Source: Paraspadella gotoi (lineage: Eukaryota; Animalia; Chaetognatha). Taken from it: DNA of 64,000 bases. The notes under the pieces were generated by a model that saw only the letters and a program-made list of their open reading frames with translations, made no database searches and had not been told where the DNA came from. Position numbers and translations under genes: made by a program. Below, piece after piece: positions 29,270-40,402 of this stretch. Position 1 is the first letter of the stretch. Every line of letters starts with the position of its first letter. The stretch lies in NCBI GenBank assembly GCA_051294375.1, contig CM119268.1, forward strand, positions 4,169,569 through 4,233,568, given 5' to 3'.

Positions 29270-29466
29270 TCGAATATATATGTCGATCGTTAGGAATGGA
29301 AACTTGGACGGTTCCGGGGCGTTGCCTTCGCAGCCGCCGCCGCCGTCGCCTTCGCAGCTTCCGGTCTCCAGTCGCGCCACTTTTTTTTGACACTCAATCC
29401 TTTGAACGTACAATGCTCCAACCCCCAGCCGTGACGATTTCTTTAGCTCAGCGCGTCTCTCGTTAC
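29270..29466 (-). CDS. Probable exon of Ig-like protein (GNERRAELKKSSRLGVGALYVQRIEC...FPFLTIDIYIR)
   Basis: 197-nt open frame that bridges the phase-1 donor at 30443 and the phase-0 acceptor at 28939. Both splice sites are weak (GTGGAA donor, no pyrimidine tract). Confidence 0.5.
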
Positions 29467-30442
29467 CTGGCGTTTTATTTCTTTGACAGTCTTATCACAT
29501 TCACCGTGTTATCACCATGCAGTTGCCGTTGGTATTATTTTGAATCATATCAGGACTATGGCTGATGGTCTTGCAACTATTTCAAATTTTTCTTTCACAA
29601 TTGTTGCTTCAATTGCTTTACCACGTCTCGCTTTCAACTTATCCTTTAACCATTGTTTTTTTTTTAACCACTCACTGAATATTAACTATCACGATCTTTC
29701 ATCAGCCGAACCTCTTTAAACATTTCTCGTCCTCTGTTTCCAGTTACCATGACAACGCCGAACGCCGAAATTAGTCGCTCGCCGCAGATTTCGTTATTTT
29801 CCAATTCCCACTTTTTTTTCTTTCCCCAACGTCGATTCGCCTTCTAACCTTTCTCTCCTTATCATTCGCCATTATGAATCCCATATTCCACCATTAGGCC
29901 AAAATCCGCTATTTCATTCGCCCGGTATCATTTTCTTCTTTCATGCTTTCTCCCTAATGCGACCCTTTTTTTCATTTCTTTTCTTTTCTTTTATTCTCCA
30001 TTTCTTTTCTTTATCTCCTTACTTTTTCTCTTTCTTTTTTTTCTTTCCTTTTTTTTATTTTTTATTTTTCACTTTACTTTTATTTCTTACTTTACATTTT
30101 ATCTTTCTTTTCCTCATTTTTATTCTCTCAATTTTCCTTAATTTTTTCTTTTCCACTCTTTCTACTTTTATCTTCCTTTTTCTCTTTCTTTTCTCTCACT
30201 TCTTCCTCTCATTTCTTTTCTTTCCCTCCATATTTTTCATTACATATGACGCCATTTCCTTCTCACAATTCTGTTCCTCTGACTCCGAAATATCGACTGA
30301 TCGTGATTCAACTGTTCATTCTTAACTTTGGTTTCCCTCTTTCTTCCTTCACCACCAGCTCCGAATTTCCCCTCCTCCCCCAGATGACCCCACCCCCTCA
30401 ACCCACAGAGGGTGATAAATGCCCCCAGGGCTCAAAGGTCAC

Positions 30443-30545
30443 CTGAAACCCTCGTCGCGAAACCCCAACTGATGTTTTTGGCCGGAATCACGGGGTTGGA
30501 CAGAATCTCGCAGCTGAGTGAGTACGAGACGATTTGGCGCTGACT
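30443..30545 (-). CDS. Exon, Ig-like domain B-C strands (SQRQIVSYSLSCEILSNPVIPAKNISWGFATRVS)
   Basis: TTTTCACAG acceptor, CAG|GTGACC donor; C...SNP...W pattern parallel to exon 27914-28199. Confidence 0.78.
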
Positions 30546-30766
30546 CTGTGAAAAGATCGTTGAAAGAAAAATAAATGTTTCTCTCTCTCTCTCTCCCTCC
30601 TCTCTGACACACGGCAAATCTAGTACAGTAATTTTCTTTTCTTCTGAGTTAAAAACTTAAAAAGAAAAATGTGTTACTCACTACACCACATCTACCTGAC
30701 TCGACTGACTGACTGACTCACTCACTCACTCACTGACTCACTCACTCACTCAACCAACTGACTTAC

Positions 30767-30885
30767 CCTCTTGGTAAGTGGGACACTGGAATCGAGGTTG
30801 AAACTTGACAAGGAGATGATCAAAACCACAACTGGGCAGCGGAGCGAGATCGGACTCGTCTCTGTAGGCGTGAGTGACGAGACAC
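30767..30885 (-). CDS. Exon, Ig-like F-G strands and linker (RCLVTHAYRDESDLAPLPSCGFDHLLVKFQPRFQCPTYQE)
   Basis: GCAG acceptor phase 2, GTAAGT donor; C-x-V-x-H motif. One nt out of phase with the next exon, at a GGG run (probable sequencing error). Confidence 0.72.
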
Positions 30886-30937
30886 CTGCGCGTCGAAAGT
30901 AAACTCATCAAAGACTGTAAAACTGAAATCAATTTTC

Positions 30938-31025
<88 letters not shown>

Positions 31026-31529
31026 AGTTGTTAAAACGGTTGGCGACAACGCTTGATCGCACTCGAAAATAAATTCCAACGGAAATATAATCCAAAGGTT
31101 TTCGTAGGAGAATCGTTGGAGCACGCCTCTTCCTCCTCCTCTCCTCCTCCCTCTCTTTCTCTTCCTCCACCTCTCCCTTCTCCTCCTCTCTCCCGTTCTT
31201 CAATTTCTTTTTATCCTTCTGTTCATCTTGTTCCTCCTCCAGTTTATCCTCATCTTTTTCCTTTATTTTATTTTTCATATATCTTTCTTTCATTTCCCAC
31301 TCTTTCCTTTCCTTTATCCTCCTTCTTATTATTTTTCCTTTCATTTCCTTTTTTCTTTTCTTTCTTTTTCTTCCTTTTCTTTCCTTTATTCTTTTCTTTC
31401 TTTATCTTCCTTTTCTTTCCTTTATTCTTTTCTTTCTTCCTCTTCCTTCTCTTTCCTATCCTTTTTCCTCCATTTTAATCTTCTTTCTTTTCTTTCCTTT
31501 ATTCCATTCTTTCTTCTTTACATAGAGAG

Positions 31530-34500
31530 AGATCAAACAATAACTCATTAAGTATAACAAGAAAAATTTTATTAATAAACTATTTGTCTGTCATATTGTA
31601 ATACTCTCTCTCGCTCTCTCTCTCCTCTCTCTCTCTTCTCCTCGCTCTCTCTCTCTGTTCTTTCTTTCTTTCTTTCTCGTTCCAAATTCAGGGCACATGC
31701 CAAATTTCTCTAAGGGGACCTGCAGTGATAAAAATGATATCATAAGCTAAGGTCTATCTATAAAAGGAATTTTGTAATGGTGATAGTCATTAATCTTTTC
31801 TTTGCACGGGATAAGTGGCAAAAAAATTCCCTAAATGCTCTTATTTGTAGGCGGAAACAAAAATTTAATAATTAATGAAAAAACATTTAGTGACCCTACC
31901 CTAAGATATTTTATGATATATCCCAATTATTTTATTTTTATATTAGAAAGTAATCTTTTACTAAATTCCAACTTTTTTATATTTTTTCTACGTAGTAAAA
32001 AGCTACATATTTTAGGGTTTAAGCTATTGAACACAAGGCTTTTCAAGACTAATATTTTCTTTATTTTTATATTTTACTTAAAAGCCGACAAATCAAACCT
32101 AAATGTCTCATTCTTACATGAAACAAAACCTTGTAAATAATTTATTAATGTAATATTCTATTCATCCCTTAAATGTATTGATTAAAACTATATTTGATTC
32201 CTTAATTATAACAATTAAATTTTAGTCAAAAAGATAAAGAATTCTTCTTCTCTTTCTTTAATATTTTATATTACCGTTCAATTAGAGTTTCATTTTTAAT
32301 TCTCAATTAAATCTTAAATTCATTTGAAAAAGAAAGTTTTAAAGTAAAAATCAGTCGATATCATTTAAAATTTTGATTCATTCCTTAGTTTTTTTTCTTT
32401 ATAAATTTTTTGTTGATAATAAGCTGAAAATCTTTTAAAAATGTAAGATCTTACCTCTTTTTGGAAAAAAATAATTTTAACTTGAAAAAGATTTAGTTCT
32501 TCTTACCTCGATTTTTTAAAAGGACAAATTAATAGCTGACTGAATTTTATCGAATTATTTTTAGAACTACTTTCCCAAATTGATTTATAGAGTAGTTAAA
32601 ACAATTATAGTGGTTCAGACCAGCTTAAGTAAAGGGTCAAACGTTTATTGTTTTTCAGCTTCTTTTACCCCACTGGTTCACTTGGTCCCCTGTAAATTCG
32701 TCTGAATTTTCTCTTCAGCTCCCAAAATTCGGTTTCGCTTTTCAAAGGCTGAGATTTTTTGAAAGTCGCGACCTCCAAAGACGAGAATGTTCGGTCGGGA
32801 TGAACGTGTTAATCTGATGAAGAGATCGGTGAAAGATTTAAAGGGAGGCAAGAAGAAAGAGAGGAAATAGAGGAAGAAAGAGGAAGAAAGAGAGGAAAAA
32901 AGAGGAAAAGAGAGGAAGAAAGAGGAAAGGGAAAAAGCAGGAAGAGAGAAGAAAGATTTTTGAGTCGCGACCAGTCGAGACAGAATTTGGTCGTGGATGA
33001 AACTGTTAAATCTGATGAGAGAATCGGAGGGGGCGGGGGTTAAGATTAAAAGGGAGGAAGAAAGAGAAGAAAAAGAGGAAGAATAGAGAGAAGAAATAAG
33101 GAAAAAAAGGAAGAATAGAGGAGGATAGTAAAATAAATATAAGTAAGAAGATAAATTTTGAGTCGCGACCGCTCATGAGACTAGATTTGTCGGGATGAAC
33201 TGTTAATACTGATGAATGATTGGAATGTATTATATAAGGGAGGAAGAAAGATGAGGTATAAAAGAGGAAGTATAGAGGAAGAGGATAAGATAGGAAGAGG
33301 ATGAAGTAGATTTGAAGTCTGGATCTGAGCAGATGTGGAATGTATGTTAGTAGTGATTGGAAGTGCACTCGAGACGAGATTAGGAACGTATCTGAGAGAG
33401 AGGAAGATTAAGGAGAGAAAGAGAATAGACGGAAGAAAAGAAAGGAAGAAGAGAGGAAAAAAGGAAGAAAGAGAGGAAGAAAGACAGGAAAAGAGGAGAA
33501 AGAGAGGAGAAGGAAGGAAAAGAGGGGGAAGGAAGAAGAAGAAAGAAAAAAAAGAAGGAAAGAAAGAAGAAGAAAGAGACGGAAATAAAAGAAGAAAAAA
33601 GAGAAAAAGAAATAGGAAAACAAATTGAAAGAGAGAAAGAAGAGAGAAATTTTAAAATAAAACATTAAAAAATCCAAACCTAGTAAAGACTGGAGGCGAC
33701 ATGCCGCCCTCCTCCACTCCGCACCAACTCGCAAACTCTCCACTTCACGCACTTCCCTCCCCCCTCTCCATCTCCTTCAGCCTCCCCAGGGCCTCCTCTG
33801 GGTGAAAGGCCTCGCCCGACGAGAAGGTGAAACTCGTCTCATTCGGCACAAACAGATTTTTCCATCTTTCACCTTTTCAACCTTCGCTTATCTCGTAACA
33901 GTACGACACCAGATGCTCAGGTTTTTGGAGGGTGAGGAAGGGTGTAGGCTGGTACTGGAGTGGTGGTTTTGGGGGGTTGAGTTGTGAGGAGTGGTTTGGG
34001 GTGGTGGTTCTTGGGTGGTGGTTGGGGGTAATTTCGATTTTTAGGGTGTAAGATTTTGACGAGCCTGAATGTAAACGCCCTTGAAAGATAAAGGTGACTG
34101 ACCACTACAACATGTCACAAGTATATATTATCACAAAGTATATTCACCAATTATTATCTAGTTTTTTAATATTTTTCCTCTCTTAGTGTTTTTTTCCGTA
34201 CCTTATTATTCTCCATTACTTTTTATCTTTTTTTTCCTCTGATTTTTTTCTTTTTATTTTGTTCTTCCTTTTTTTTCTTCACACTTTTTTTTCCTTTTGA
34301 CGAATTCGAATGAAAGTAGGAGAATAAACCGCAACAGAATTTTGTTCTCTTTTTTGCAAGAGTTGGTTTCCTGTTCTTGTAGTCGTCCGTCGTCCGTCGT
34401 CGTCGTCGTTTTCGTTGTAGTCTCTTATCGTCATCGTCATCGTCGTAGTCCGTTATCTTTCCGCGGAAGTTGTTCTATTTGTCACATTATAATTCGTACG

Positions 34501-34875
34501 TGTGTCGTCCTTTGATCATCATCATATCAGCTTTTGTCCCGTCATTATTCGGGGTTTTTTTTATCAGTTTTTGATCGTCGGAACAGTTGTTGTTGTATGT
34601 TATTGTCTGTTCGTTTAAATTTGTGATTCGTTCAGCGCGATTGTGTTGTTGTCTGTTGTCTTCAAAAAAAGGTAGAAAAAAAGGCCGGGCAAAAAAACAG
34701 TATTCTACGAAATAAAATGGAAAGCAAAATTCATGAAAAGGATGAAAACGTGAAAAATGAGCTCCGCAATTAATTGTCGAGAAAAACCCCGGAGATGACA
34801 AAGGGAGGAAAGGAAAAAATGGGAATAGGAGAAAGAGGAAAGAAAAGGAGTTAAAGAAAAAGAGGAGAAGGAGCA
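31530..34875 (+). repeat. Inverted partial duplicate of the Ig-gene region (reverse complement of ~51270-53550 and ~36654-38100)
   Basis: Shared unique text in opposite orientation, including the GLLWVKG exon at 33790-33920 and the intronic core repeat; interrupted by the insertion at 31714-32690. Confidence 0.85.
31714..32690. mobile_element. Non-autonomous Kolobok-like DNA transposon (~1 kb, AT-rich)
   Basis: Termini GGGGACC...GTGA / TCAC...GGTCCCC. The empty site CTCTTAAATTC is present in the paralogous copies (~37960, ~53372, minus strand); occupied flanks TAA / TGTAA approximate TTAA. RR...YY ends with a TTAA target are the Kolobok signature. Confidence 0.7.
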
Positions 34876-35262
34876 NNNNNNNNNNNNNNNNNNNNNNNNN
34901 TTTTTTTCTTTCTTCTTCTCCTTCCCCCTCTCTTTCCTTCCTTCTCCTCTCTTTCTTCCTCTTTTTCCTCTCTTTCTTCCTCTCTTTCTTCCTTTTTTCC
35001 TCTCTTTCTTCCTCTCTTTCTTCCTCCCTTTAATCTTCCCGATCTCTCATCAGATTAACAGTTCATCCCGACCAAATCTCGTCTCGAGGTCGCGACTCAA
35101 AAATCTTTCTTCCTCTTTTTCCTCTCTTTCTTCCTCTTTTCCCTCTCATTCTTCCTCTNNNNNNNNNNNNNNNNNNNNNNNNNCTTCAGGCTACCTTCAG
35201 CGTCGTCAAAATTGTACACCCGCTAAAATCGGAAATTACCACCCAACAAGACCACACCCAAC

Positions 35263-36653
35263 TAGTGGTGGTTGTCACCCAAATTTGAACAAGTTTTCAG
35301 ATATTAATTCACATCTTAGGGAAAATATGTTGTGAGGTAAAAAAATATAAATTGTACTACTTTTTGTCAAAATTGGTTCAACACCCTTAGTGCTACCCCG
35401 CCTAAAGGAGTAAAAAGGCACACCTTTGGGCACATTTCGTCAATTGACTGAATCCTAGTCGAGCCAATCCACGTCCCAAAGGCTCTTATTAGTGTGTCCC
35501 ACTCTTAAGTAACTGATGAGAACATTTTCAGCTTTCTCATCATTACGCAAGGCCTCACACTACAAGCAGTTACTGTGTGAATGGAGTATACGAGAACAGC
35601 AGGCTTTAAACATTTAAACTCAAAAATAAAATTATTTCTCTTCAGATCTAATTATTTTTTTTAATATATTATCATTACTAGTAAGAGCCAAAGTGTTCCT
35701 ATATTTTTAAAGGTGTGCACCACATCCTCGTGTGATATTCCTGTACAAAATAATAAAAACATTATTTATCACTATTGTTATTTCATTTCACTTTTTTCGC
35801 AGCTTTTAAATCTACAGAGTGTAATTGTGAACATACTAATTAGTAGTCGTCTTGCCAACAGTGCAATGGACCCTTAAAATTATCATGTCTAGATTAAATT
35901 AAAAACATAATGAGACAAGTAGTGAGATCAGTCCTATGGTAAAAATCGCATTCATTCGCGCCGCGATGCTTAGTTTTCATAAAATTTAAAGTTGCATTTA
36001 AGTACGGACCTCGCAATGAAAAATTTTAAGAGTTATCCACAGTTGCAAGATGGACACTAATAGTATTATGTCACAATAATACTGATAGCATTTAAAAACT
36101 GTTTAAAAAAGTACCAGTTTAATATAACAGTAGATGATATGTTTTTAATAGCTAGCAGGAGAGTATCCACCAGGACTTGGCACACCTTATTTACAAAAGT
36201 AGGACACTTGGACTCCTAACTAATATGATAAGTATAATAAAAAAATATGTAGATCTGACGAGAAATGATTTTTATTTTGAGTTCTAAATGGTTTAAAAAC
36301 CTTGCCGTCGTCTCGATTTATATTCCATCAACAGAACTGCCGTGTAGTGTGAGCCTCGTCATGATAGGAGTGCTTAAAAATTTTTACTGCATCTTCCTTA
36401 GAGTAGGCGGGCAATTAATACAGATCTCTTTGGACAGTGATTGGCTTACTAGGATTCGTCATTGACGCAAAATGTTGCCCAAGCGTGTGCCTTATCCTAG
36501 GCGAGAGTTAGGCATCAACGGGTGTTTGAAACCAATTTTGACAAAACAGTACGTACAAATTCTTATTTTTTACCTACCACAACATATTTTCCTAGATCCG
36601 CATGTGAGATTATTAATCTAAAACTTTTCAATTTGCGTGTGAACACACCACTA
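35263..36653. mobile_element. Foldback / long-TIR non-autonomous DNA transposon, hAT-like
   Basis: ~35263-35890 is a degenerate reverse complement of ~36010-36653; ends TAGTGGTG...CACCACTA; ACACCCAA on both sides (35254-35261, 36654-36661); empty site in the inverted copy near 33990-34030. Confidence 0.8.
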
Positions 36654-36749
36654 ACACCCAAACACCACCACCCCAAACACTCCTCCAACTCAACCCCCAA
36701 ACCAGCCACTCCGCAGTACCACCTACACCCCTTCCCACCCTCCAAAAAC

Positions 36750-36873
36750 CTGAGATCTGAGTGTCGTTGGTCGAGATAAGCGAAGGTTGAGAAGGTTGAA
36801 AGATGGAAATTGTTTGTGCGAAGAGACGAGTTTCACCTTCTGTCCGGCGAGGCCCTTTCACCCAGAGGAGGCC
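36750..36873 (-). CDS. Exon, C2-set-like Ig domain (eye consensus of three noisy copies: GLLWVKGLADEKVKLVS...FPSFTFQPSYLDNDTDLR)
   Basis: Copies at 36750-36873(-), 33790-33920(+) and 52116-52237(-). AG|GTTTTT phase-2 donor joins G-TGT of exon 30885 to give DNDTDLRCLVTH. Each single copy has indels; the exon may extend to ~36976. Confidence 0.62.
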
Positions 36874-37259
36874 CTGGTGAGAGGCTCGAAGAAATGGACG
36901 ATGGGGGGAGGGAATGCGAGTGGAGAAGTTTGCGTGGGTGCGGAGTGCGAGAGGGCGGCATGTCGCTCAGTCTTACTAGGTTTGGATTTTAATGTTTTAT
37001 TTTTAAAATTCTCTCTCTTCTTTCTTCTTCAATTTTGTTTTCCTTATTTCTTTTTCTCTTTTTTCTTCTTTTATTTTCCGTCTCTTTCTTCTTTTCTTTC
37101 CTTCTTTTTTTTCTTTTCTTCTTCTCCTTCCCCCTCTCTTTCCTATCCTTCTCCTCTCTTTTCTCCTCTTTTCCTTCGTCTTTCTTCCTCTCTTTCTTCC
37201 TTTTTTCCTTCTCTTCGTTCCTCTCTTTCTTCCTCTATTTCTCTCTTTCTTCCTCCCTT

Positions 37260-37908
37260 TAATCTTCCGATGCTCTTCATCAGATTAACAGTTACATTCC
37301 CGACCATACTTCGCTCGAGTCGCAGACTTCAAAAATCATATTCATTCCTCTTTTTCCTACTCTTTACTTTCCTCTTTCCCTCTAATATTCTTACCTCTTT
37401 TATCCTCTCTTTCTTCCTCCCTTTAAATACTTACCCAATTACATTCATCAGCTAATTAACAGTTCATCCCGACAAAATCTCAGTCTCCCATGAGGAGCCG
37501 GTCGCGACTCAAAAATCTTTCTTCCTTCTTTTCCCTCTTCTTTCTTCCTCTCTTTCTTCCCTTTTTTCCTCTCTGTTCTTCTCTCTTTCTTCCTCTTTTT
37601 CTTCTTTCTTCCTCCCTTTAATCTTCCCTCGATTCTCTCATCAGATTAACAGTTCATCCCGACCAAATCTGTCTCGACACTGGTCGCGACTCAAAAATCT
37701 TTCTTCCTCTCTTTTCCTAACGCTTTCTTTCCTCTTTTTCCTCTCTTTCTTTCCTCCTCTTCTTCCTCTTTTTTCCTCTCTTTCTTCCTCTCGTTTCTTC
37801 CTCTATTTCCTTCTCTCTTCCTCCCCTTTAAATCTTCCCGATCTCTTCTCATCAGATTAACAGTTCATCCCGACCAAATCTCGTCTTGAGGTCGCGACTC
37901 AAAAATCT
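37260..37908. repeat. Intronic tandem repeat: conserved ~75-bp core separated by variable CT-rich spacers
   Basis: Core TTAATCTTCCCGATCTCTCATCAGATTAACAGTTCATCCCGACCAAATCTCGTCTCGAGGTCGCGACTCAAAAATCT occurs 4 times; also at 35030-35110, 52640-53310 and inverted at 32750-33215. Confidence 0.88.
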
Positions 37909-37927
37909 CAGCCTTGAAAAGCGAAAC

Positions 37928-37992
37928 CGAATTTTGGGCTGAAGAGAAAATTCAAGAATTTAAGAGATTTGGCTGTCGCCTGAATTTGGAAG

Positions 37993-38043
<51 letters not shown>

Positions 38044-38384
38044 CAATATGACAGACAATAGTTTAGTAATAAAATGTTTCTTGTTTAATTAATGAGTTAT
38101 TGCTCTGTGAATCCTGACCTTCATTATAATCAAAGCTATTTTCTTTATATTTCATAAATAGAAATAATAATTAAAGACAAAAAAAATGAATATTATCATT
38201 AACAACAAACTTAAATAAAAAAAATATAATAGTTAAAATATAAGAAAGAGTTAAATAATTTTCAATAAAAAGTAAAATGTTTGAAAAAGAAGAATTTAAA
38301 ACAAAAGTGCCGAAAGATGAATTCCCGTCAATGATGCACTTTGCGAGTTCACTGTGCCAAAGAAAATGGAAATCTCGCTCCTTC
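37928..38384 (-). CDS. Two tentative upstream exons of the Ig-like gene: 38303-38384 (KERDFHFLWHSELAKCIIDGNSSFGTF) and 37928-37979 (ATAKSLKFLNFLFSPKF)
   Basis: TTTTGTAG and TTCAG acceptors with compatible phases; LNFLFSPKF parallels the other domain boundaries (LLVKFQPRF, LEVVFSVRI). Donors are weak. Confidence 0.4.
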
Positions 38385-38480
38385 CTACAAAATAGATTCG
38401 CCATAAGAAGACATAAAGAAAATCTCCAGATTCGGAGAACTCAGTCTTTTTAAAAGATAGAGGTGAATCTCTCTCTCTCT

Positions 38481-38518
<38 letters not shown>

Positions 38519-38598
38519 AGTTTTTCTCTTTCTTTTTCACGATTCATCCCATTTAATTCTCAAAAAGTAGTTTGAAGTTACTTAAATTAATGTGTTTC

Positions 38599-39232
38599 TG
38601 TAGTCCATTCGAACTTACTGACCCTTCAGCCACAGCTGCGCGGCTCAGCCAGTTTATCGCCATCTGAGACACTTTTAATATATTCCAATATGTAATGTTA
38701 TAGTATACCAGTTTGATACAATTGCTTGTTTCCCCTGTTTGAATATTATCTAAAACACAAGATGAAAACAATCGACTTTTCCCAAAGCAGAATCATGCTG
38801 ACTGACATCATACCTAATTCTTATGACGTCTTAGCTTCTGCTCTGGGGACAAACCATTTAACTCTTTACACTTAGTAAACTCAACACTTGGATCCTTACT
38901 AATTTAATTACTTATTAATTGTAATGGTGCTCATCCCATTTTACCTTGGCATTATAACTTAGATAAATTAATTAATTGATCTTCTCTGCCAAGTTCTAGT
39001 CACTATATGATATTCTCTGTGATCGCTTTCAGATGCGCCAAAAGCGAGCACACAAATATCTATTATCCGCTTGATTATTGTTATAGGTGATTTTTACCTC
39101 AATTAACCAAGCAAGTTGCGTTTATATAAACTTTCAATACAAGCTTGATTAATACACTTTACACATCATTTCTGAGCGTCAACTCACTCCTGAGTCAGCA
39201 CCCGAATCACCTCTCCGGTCCCGCCATCTACA
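38599..39232 (+). repeat. 5' LTR
   Basis: TGTAG...GCCATCTACA; colinear with 44134-44700 but with many small insertions (634 vs 567 bp). Confidence 0.9.
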
Positions 39233-39233
39233 T

Positions 39234-39247
39234 TGGTGACCCACGAC
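39234..39247 (+). promoter_or_regulatory. Primer-binding site complementary to tRNA-Trp 3' end
   Basis: TGGTGACCCACGAC one nt after the LTR; canonical tRNA-Trp PBS is TGGTGACCCCGACG. Confidence 0.85.
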
Positions 39248-39289
39248 TCAAGAAAATTTTCCAACCTTCTGATACCGCCCAAGACATCC

Positions 39290-40402
39290 ATGACCGAGCC
39301 GATCCGTCAATCTGCCCGTCTCCGCCTCCAGAGCACTCTCGGCGCCGCAATTCTCTCATCCAGAGGCCGAGGCTCTCGTGACAACTCGCCCAGCGCACCA
39401 GGCGGTGCCTTAGCGTCGCCTTCATTTCGATTCACGCCGCCGTCGCCAAGAGACAACGTTTTCAGCTCGGCGCCAAGCATGGCCACTACTCCTTTCGCCG
39501 CGCCCATCCCTGGCGCTGCCGACGAAACGGAGGTGCTCCGCGCCGCCCTCTCCGCGGCTCTCTCCGCCCTAGAGAAGAAAAGGAAACCGGAGCTACCGGC
39601 CTTTGACTCCAAAAACATTGAAATATGGATTAGGAGGGTCGAAGCCGCCTTTGTTCGCGCCAACATAAAGGATGCAAGCGAAAAATTCGCACACCTAGAG
39701 TCCAAGATCAGCGTGGACGTCAACCCACGCATTAATGCTTTCCTATACGGCGAACCTTCAGAGGCAAACTGGACAGCGTTTACTTCGTATCTTCGTAAGG
39801 AGTATGGAACGACGCAGCGCCAACAGGCGGCGCTACTCCTCGACGTTTTCGGCCGCGATGGGATGCGCCCCTCCCAACATCTTGCACGCCTCGAAGAAAA
39901 AATCAAATCAGTTACAATTGACGACGTCAAGAAAGAAACTATAATCAGAGGCCTCCCCATCGAAATAAGGCGTTCTCTCGAGGACAAGGCCGATGAATGG
40001 ACGGCGTCGCAGCTGGCCGACGCTGCAGACAAATTCTTTGATGCAGAAGGTCGACCAACCCTCATGGCGCCAACCTCGACAATTAACGCCGTCACACTCG
40101 ACAAAAACGCCGACAATTCAACTAGCGACTCGGACAGTGAAAATGACGCCGGCATTAACGCAGTACAAAGCCAACGCCGCGAGAAGAATCGCCCTCAGCC
40201 TGGCAATTGGCGCCAGAACGCACCGAGTGAACCATCGACGAACGTGCGGCCTCCCAATGCTCGATTGAAACAGATTTGTCGATGGCATTTGAAATTCGGC
40301 GACGCCGCTTTTCGTTGCGAGCGGGGTTGCGCCAGAAAAAGCGAGCGCCGCGACCGCAAGGAGACGTCATCGGGAAACGGCGCCGCGGGCCAGCGCAGGT
40401 GA
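39290..40402 (+). CDS. gag: Gag protein
   Basis: First in-frame ATG at 39290; KPELPAFD...IEIWIRRVEAAF capsid-like region; LADAADK; CRWHLKFGDAAFRCERGC CHCC knuckle. Confidence 0.92.
   Translation: MTEPIRQSARLRLQSTLGAAILSSRGRGSRDNSPSAPGGALASPSFRFTPPSPRDNVFSSAPSMATTPFAAPIPGAADETEVLRAALSAALSALEKKRKPELPAFDSKNIEIWIRRVEAAFVRANIKDASEKFAHLESKISVDVNPRINAFLYGEPSEANWTAFTSYLRKEYGTTQRQQAALLLDVFGRDGMRPSQHLARLEEKIKSVTIDDVKKETIIRGLPIEIRRSLEDKADEWTASQLADAADKFFDAEGRPTLMAPTSTINAVTLDKNADNSTSDSDSENDAGINAVQSQRREKNRPQPGNWRQNAPSEPSTNVRPPNARLKQICRWHLKFGDAAFRCERGCARKSERRDRKETSSGNGAAGQRR

Noticed and set aside
32805-33215. CTGATGA in the tandem core repeat as a hammerhead ribozyme (also CTGATGA at ~23145 and ~35513)
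   Set aside because: No consistent stem II + GAAA + stem III + NUH arrangement across copies.
39307-40155. 282-aa antisense ORF inside gag
   Set aside because: Codon-aligned shadow of a GC-rich ORF; no independent motifs.
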